This document shows positions 59,361-64,000 of a DNA stretch of 64,000 bases, one piece after another. Position 1 is the stretch's first letter. Each line of letters begins with the position of its first letter. Source of the DNA: Candidatus Poribacteria bacterium (GTDB taxonomy: Bacteria > Poribacteria > WGA-4E > WGA-3G); assembly GCA_965205015.1 (NCBI GenBank), contig OZ242029.1, positions 2,496,001 to 2,560,000 of the forward strand, written 5' to 3'. The translations under genes were made by a program, and so were the position numbers. Below the pieces are notes generated by a model. That model was not told where the DNA came from and did no database searches. It saw only the letters and a list, made by a program, of their open reading frames with translations.

Positions 59361-59903
59361 ATGGGAAAAAATAACATTACATTAACGTTTGGACAAATCG
59401 CCGCGGGGAGTATCATTGGGCTGGCAGGTGGGTGGATTTGTTTGCTAATATTTGAGAATCTTATCTGGCAATTCCTGCTTGAAAACCGAGTCGGCCACGG
59501 TTTCTGGGTAGGCTTGTTCCTCCTTATCTCACTGAGCGTCACATACGGAATTGTGATTATAGGGGCGGGCATGGGGATCCGTCTCGTGAGTCGAAAATTT
59601 GGTACCGATATACCTCTAAAACCGCTCTGTTCGGGGGCATTTTTGGGTCCGCCTGCGGTCGTCGGTTTACTGGCACTGCTTAACGTTCCGTGGGAGATAT
59701 TTGGCAGACCGAATCTGATCTTGGCGTTGCTCCTACCAATCCTTAAGACACTCGCGTATATTGTCTCGTTACCGATGCGCGGGTGGGTATACCTCGGTTT
59801 ACCGGTCGAAATCTGGTACATTCTTGCTGTTCCTATCGGTGCGATATTAGGATACAGGTTAACATCTGTAGAAAAAACGGAAGTGAATGCAGAACTGGCT
59901 TAG
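59361..59903 (+). CDS. Hypothetical membrane protein
   Basis: Several hydrophobic Gly-rich helices; downstream of a promoter. Confidence 0.7.
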   Translation: MGKNNITLTFGQIAAGSIIGLAGGWICLLIFENLIWQFLLENRVGHGFWVGLFLLISLSVTYGIVIIGAGMGIRLVSRKFGTDIPLKPLCSGAFLGPPAVVGLLALLNVPWEIFGRPNLILALLLPILKTLAYIVSLPMRGWVYLGLPVEIWYILAVPIGAILGYRLTSVEKTEVNAELA

Positions 59904-60037
59904 TTCAAGAAAGGCTTCTTTAATGAACAGTTGCGAAAATCGACCGCTGATTCTTGTGATTTACCCTGATGAGATCTCTGATCATCAGAGTCCATCAGTT
60001 AAATTAGGGGTCCGCGCTGGAGGTTTCACCCGTCAAA

Positions 60038-61447
60038 ATGCAATACGATGATAAACCCAAAGATGAATGCGGTGTATTCGGCGTTTTCGGTCATCCAAAA
60101 GCGGTAGAATTGACGTATTTAGGGTTACGTGCCCTTCAGCATCGAGGTCAGGAAAGTAGCGGTATCGTCGCATCAGACGGCGAGAAGTTCACATATCACC
60201 ACGGTATGGGGCTCGTTCACTCCGTCTTCAGCACTGAGACTTTAGGGGCATTGAAGGGGCATATTGCTATCGGACACAACCGATATTCAACAGCAGGGGC
60301 GAGTACGCTTGAAAACGCGCAACCTTTGGTCCGGAACTACAAACAGGGTCCGCTCGCCCTCGGTCACAATGGCAATCTCGTGAATGCCCCACAAGTTCGG
60401 AATCACTTAGAGAATGCCGGTTCCATCTTTAGCACGAGTTTAGATACTGAAGTCATTTTCCACTTGATAGCGCACTCGCGGAAACATACATTAGAACATA
60501 GAATTATCGATGCGTTGCGAAGTCTTGAGGGTGCGTATTCGTTCGTATGCATGGATAAAAATACCCTGATAGGTGCCCGAGATGCCTACGGATTCCGCCC
60601 GCTCTGGCTGGGTAAACTTGGGAATGCCTACGTGTTAGCCTCTGAGACGTGTGCCTTTGATGTGATTGAAGCGGAACCGATACGTGAGGTAGAACCCGGG
60701 GAATTGGTATTCATACGCTCCACACATCGTGGTGTAGAGTCGTTGCGTTTTCATAAGAGACAATCCCAATTATCGCAGTGCATCTTTGAATATATCTATT
60801 TGGCACGGCCGGATAGCATGATGTTTGGGCAGAGCGTGAACAACACGCGCCGTGAATTCGGCAGACAGCTCGCCCGCGAACATTCCGTCAAAGCGGATGT
60901 TGTTATCCCAGTGCCTGATTCTGCGACAATCGCTGCTCTTGGATACGCCGAGGAATCTGGCATCCCGTTCGATTTAGGACTGTCTCGAAACACTTTCGTC
61001 GGTCGTTCCTTCATGAATCCAACGCAGGATATCCGGGAACTGATGGTGAAGATAAAACTCAACCCGGTGCGCGATGTGCTGCGCGGCAAACGGGTTGTAC
61101 TTGTAGACGACTCAATCATGCGGGGGACAAACAGTAGGAAACTCATCAAAATCGTTCGGCAAGGCGGCGCGACAGCTGTTCATCTCCGCATTGCCTCCCC
61201 TCCGAACAAATTCGCATGCTTCTATGGTGTAGACACACCGACCCGTGGTGAATTAATCGCAAGTTCACACACAATTGATGAAATCCGTAGGTACATCCGT
61301 GCTGACAGTCTGGGGTATCTCAGCATTGAAGGACTGCTCCGATCCGTGAAAACACCTCAGGATTTTTGTACCACCTGTTTTGACGGAAAGTATCCGATTC
61401 CGTTTGTGGAAGAATCCTCACAACAGCTCCCCTTAATCGTAGATTAA
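60038..61447 (+). CDS. purF: Amidophosphoribosyltransferase
   Basis: Propeptide then ECGVFG, LQHRGQES, GHNRYST, VDDSIMRG, Fe-S Cys ligands. Confidence 0.97.
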   Translation: MQYDDKPKDECGVFGVFGHPKAVELTYLGLRALQHRGQESSGIVASDGEKFTYHHGMGLVHSVFSTETLGALKGHIAIGHNRYSTAGASTLENAQPLVRNYKQGPLALGHNGNLVNAPQVRNHLENAGSIFSTSLDTEVIFHLIAHSRKHTLEHRIIDALRSLEGAYSFVCMDKNTLIGARDAYGFRPLWLGKLGNAYVLASETCAFDVIEAEPIREVEPGELVFIRSTHRGVESLRFHKRQSQLSQCIFEYIYLARPDSMMFGQSVNNTRREFGRQLAREHSVKADVVIPVPDSATIAALGYAEESGIPFDLGLSRNTFVGRSFMNPTQDIRELMVKIKLNPVRDVLRGKRVVLVDDSIMRGTNSRKLIKIVRQGGATAVHLRIASPPNKFACFYGVDTPTRGELIASSHTIDEIRRYIRADSLGYLSIEGLLRSVKTPQDFCTTCFDGKYPIPFVEESSQQLPLIVD

Positions 61448-61495
61448 CCCCGGTCTTAACAGGGACGTGGCGGCGCGCCTTACGAGGGATATTTT

Positions 61496-61813
61496 ATGCA
61501 GTATAGACAGCGTGGCAACCAGAAGAAACCGAGTCAGATAGGTACAACGATAGGTACAGCGCAGGGGCGATATACACTCATCTCCCTCCTTGGATGCGCG
61601 ATTCTCGGCATGGTTTTGAGTAGAATCCTTCCGTTCTTGATTGGGAAGTTGCGCCCGAAGATGACACCAGCGGAGGCGGAAGAGATCGGTGTTCTCATAG
61701 CCTTAGGCATTAGCGGTATCGTGTTAGTCGTGAGTCTCCTAAGACCCAAGAGAAGCGTTTCACCGCTTCGTAAACAGTTATTGAAGGAACAAGAGAAATC
61801 AGATGGCAGCTAA
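61496..61813 (+). CDS. Small membrane protein
   Basis: Two TM segments; lies between purF and purM and overlaps the purM start. Confidence 0.6.
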   Translation: MQYRQRGNQKKPSQIGTTIGTAQGRYTLISLLGCAILGMVLSRILPFLIGKLRPKMTPAEAEEIGVLIALGISGIVLVVSLLRPKRSVSPLRKQLLKEQEKSDGS

Positions 61814-62843
61814 AAAGCCTTTGACGTACGCCGATGCTGGCGTTTCATTTGAAGCAGAATCCGAGGCGATATCTCGGCTTAAACGCCTTGTTCAAACGAC
61901 CTATCGATCTGAGGTACTCAGTGATGTCGGGAGTTTCGGCGGGCTTTTTGCCCTGAAAACCTATCGAGAACCGGTTCTTGTTTCCAGTACAGATAGCGTT
62001 GGCACAAAACTGAAGGTTGCCTTTAAAGTCGGACGGCACGACACGGTCGGTTTCGATATTGTGGCACATTGCGGCAACGATATCGTCGTGCAGGGAGCAG
62101 AGCCACTCTTCTTTTTGGATTATATCGGCATTAGCAAAGTGGCGCCAGCAGTGATTGAAGATATCATAACCGGTCTCGCCTCGGGATGCAGAGAGATCGG
62201 TTGTGCATTAATCGGCGGTGAAATCGCAGAGCTTTCAGATATCTATACACCCGGTGAATACGACTTAGTGGGGACTATTGTCGGCGCGGTTGAAAAAGCA
62301 GACGTGATTACTGGAGCGAGAATTGCGCTGGGGGATCAACTCATCGGTTTAGGGTCGGCAGGTTTACATACGAACGGTTTTACATTGGCTCGGCGTATTC
62401 TGTTCGACAGGTGTGATTACAGCGTAGACACCTATCTTCCTGAACTCTCTGCAACAGTCGGGGAGGCATTGCTTGCTTGCCACAAAAGTTACGTGAATTC
62501 TATTCTGTCCCTTCGTAAGGTATGCGACATTAAAGGGCTTGCCCATATCACGGGGGGTGGTTTACCCGCAAATATCGCGCGGATTCTACCAGAAGGATGT
62601 ACCGCCTACATTCGGAACGGTGTATGGGAAATTCCGCCCATTTTCCCGTTTCTCCAAGGAAAAGGGGACGTTGAAGCCTCAGAAATGTATAGCGTTTTCA
62701 ATATGGGAATTGGCATGGTCGTGATCGTTGCTCCTGATGCCGTTGATGCTGCGCTGGCGTCTCTCAACGCGTCTGGGGAATCCACGTACCGAATTGGCGA
62801 AATCATCGCGGGGGAAAAGGGGGTACAGGGTGTCCCTGCCTAA
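61803..62843 (+). CDS. purM: Phosphoribosylformylglycinamidine cyclo-ligase
   Basis: TYADAGV, GSFGGLF, DSVGTK, GLHTNGF, AHITGGG, FNMGIGM. Confidence 0.97.
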   Translation: MAAKKPLTYADAGVSFEAESEAISRLKRLVQTTYRSEVLSDVGSFGGLFALKTYREPVLVSSTDSVGTKLKVAFKVGRHDTVGFDIVAHCGNDIVVQGAEPLFFLDYIGISKVAPAVIEDIITGLASGCREIGCALIGGEIAELSDIYTPGEYDLVGTIVGAVEKADVITGARIALGDQLIGLGSAGLHTNGFTLARRILFDRCDYSVDTYLPELSATVGEALLACHKSYVNSILSLRKVCDIKGLAHITGGGLPANIARILPEGCTAYIRNGVWEIPPIFPFLQGKGDVEASEMYSVFNMGIGMVVIVAPDAVDAALASLNASGESTYRIGEIIAGEKGVQGVPA

Positions 62844-63642
62844 CACAGATTCTCGGAGGGCACACGATGGCGCGCCTCCGCAGCAGACCGCTCCCACCTT
62901 TTTAGACGCGGCGGCTCTGCAAGAACTCCTGGACTTGCTTGACGAAACGCCCGCACAAGTGGCTTTGGCGGCATTCCAAGATGTGGACGATAACGACGCG
63001 GCACTGTTTTTTGTTATGTGTACACACCTAAAAACTGAATCCACAGGAGATGCGCTCGCCACGCATGCTGGAAAACTTTTCGCGCAGCTCCCTTTTGACA
63101 AACAGGTGAGTATTGCTGAGCAGGTGACGATAACAAAGACGGTTGCCTCTGAACACGCCATACAAATTTGGAATGAACAGATTGAGAGGATTAAGGCGGC
63201 AATCCAAGAAACCACCTTCTTGGGGGAAGGTACCGAGAATCTTGCAAAATTGTTATCGTATCTGGACGTAACAGAACAGAACGCATTGCTGGAAGCATTA
63301 GGAGAGAAGCAACCTGGAGTGGTGGATAGCGTTTCTGAACAGTTGTTTACGTTTGAGGACTTGGGGAATTTGGAGAATGAAGCGATCAGAACTATTTTGC
63401 AAGTGTTGGATACACCGACCTTAGCCCTTGCCCTGCACAAGGCACCGCCTGCTATACAGGACCGATTCTTTGAAAATATGTCAGCATCCCAGGCAGAAGC
63501 CGTTGAAGCAGAAACGGCTCAGCTGACATTTGAGCAGACGCAGATAGCGGACACAGCACGCCATTCGGTTGTCAACTTAGTTCGTAACTTTGCAGCAAAA
63601 GGCTTGCTAAAAATTGGACAGTCCACTACTTTTTATCTTTAA
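62830..63642 (+). CDS. FliG C-terminal-domain-containing protein
   Basis: QLFTFEDL..L....IRTILQ....TLALAL...IQDRFFENMS...VVNLVR....G; probable GTG start overlapping purM end. Confidence 0.72.
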   Translation: MSLPNTDSRRAHDGAPPQQTAPTFLDAAALQELLDLLDETPAQVALAAFQDVDDNDAALFFVMCTHLKTESTGDALATHAGKLFAQLPFDKQVSIAEQVTITKTVASEHAIQIWNEQIERIKAAIQETTFLGEGTENLAKLLSYLDVTEQNALLEALGEKQPGVVDSVSEQLFTFEDLGNLENEAIRTILQVLDTPTLALALHKAPPAIQDRFFENMSASQAEAVEAETAQLTFEQTQIADTARHSVVNLVRNFAAKGLLKIGQSTTFYL

Positions 63643-64000
63643 GCGTAAAGGTGTAAGGTATTTCAACCTGAAGGCTGATTGGGTTTCCGCCTTTTGTCGC
63701 AGGCCGGAAAGTGGTTTTCTTCAACGCCGCGATTGCTGCAGCCTCAAATCCAAATCCGACATCTGTAATCGCGACAATGTCTCTCGGAATGCCCTTCTCA
63801 TCAATAGTTGCCTGCAGGATGACCTGTCCTTCCTTGCCTGCCTTTGAGGCAACTTCGGGATATTTAGGTTCCGCCTTAAATTTGTATTGTGGCCTCACAA
63901 CCCCGGGTTCGCTCTCAAAACTAACACCATCCAACCCGAGGGCTGCATCGGGCGCCTCGGTATCGAGCTTGTCAATCAGTGTTGTTGACTCACGCTGTAT
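63626..64000 (-). CDS. TonB family energy transducer, C-terminal domain (5' part outside window)
   Basis: PKYPEVASKAGKEGQVILQATIDEKG...GFGFEAAAIAAL...FRPA...IPYTFTL. Confidence 0.88.
   Translation of the reverse strand: MQRESTTLIDKLDTEAPDAALGLDGVSFESEPGVVRPQYKFKAEPKYPEVASKAGKEGQVILQATIDEKGIPRDIVAITDVGFGFEAAAIAALKKTTFRPATKGGNPISLQVEIPYTFTLKDKK

Noticed and set aside
59960-60037. ykkC/PRPP or ZTP riboswitch upstream of purF
   Set aside because: TAGGGGTCCG resembles the ykkC core but lies about 25 nt from the ATG with no room for the rest of the aptamer; only a simple hairpin (CTCTGAT/ATCAGAG) is evident.

Overview
A gene-dense bacterial chromosome segment. The gene content points to Candidatus Poribacteria (inference): three secreted LamG proteins share a C-terminal AxExxxKLAxTWGxLK motif, and there are five PhyH-family dioxygenase genes, two sulfatases and two Uma2 nucleases. 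The region 1-19.4 kb holds accessory catabolic genes plus a 427-bp non-autonomous IS200/IS605 element with intact ends, an internal promoter and a structured RNA but no transposase or TnpB. The region 19.6-28.2 kb is a co-oriented defence island: GIY-YIG-like gene, type IIG-like restriction-modification fusion, ABC ATPase-TOPRIM, orphan DUF433, and an NDT/TIR-like gene followed by an atypical CD-NTase. The region 32.7-38.8 kb is an ATP-grasp/alpha-E/transglutaminase operon. The region 39-64 kb is mostly housekeeping (uxaC, secG, tpiA, gap, trmJ, aspS, der, purF, purM) with an orphan FliG-like gene. The most unusual signals are nested (Russian-doll) palindromic repeats, repeat-derived in-frame insertions in coding genes including der, and an 80-codon domain inserted in aspS. 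No rRNA, tRNA or CRISPR array was recognised. All calls are from motif reading; no searches were run.
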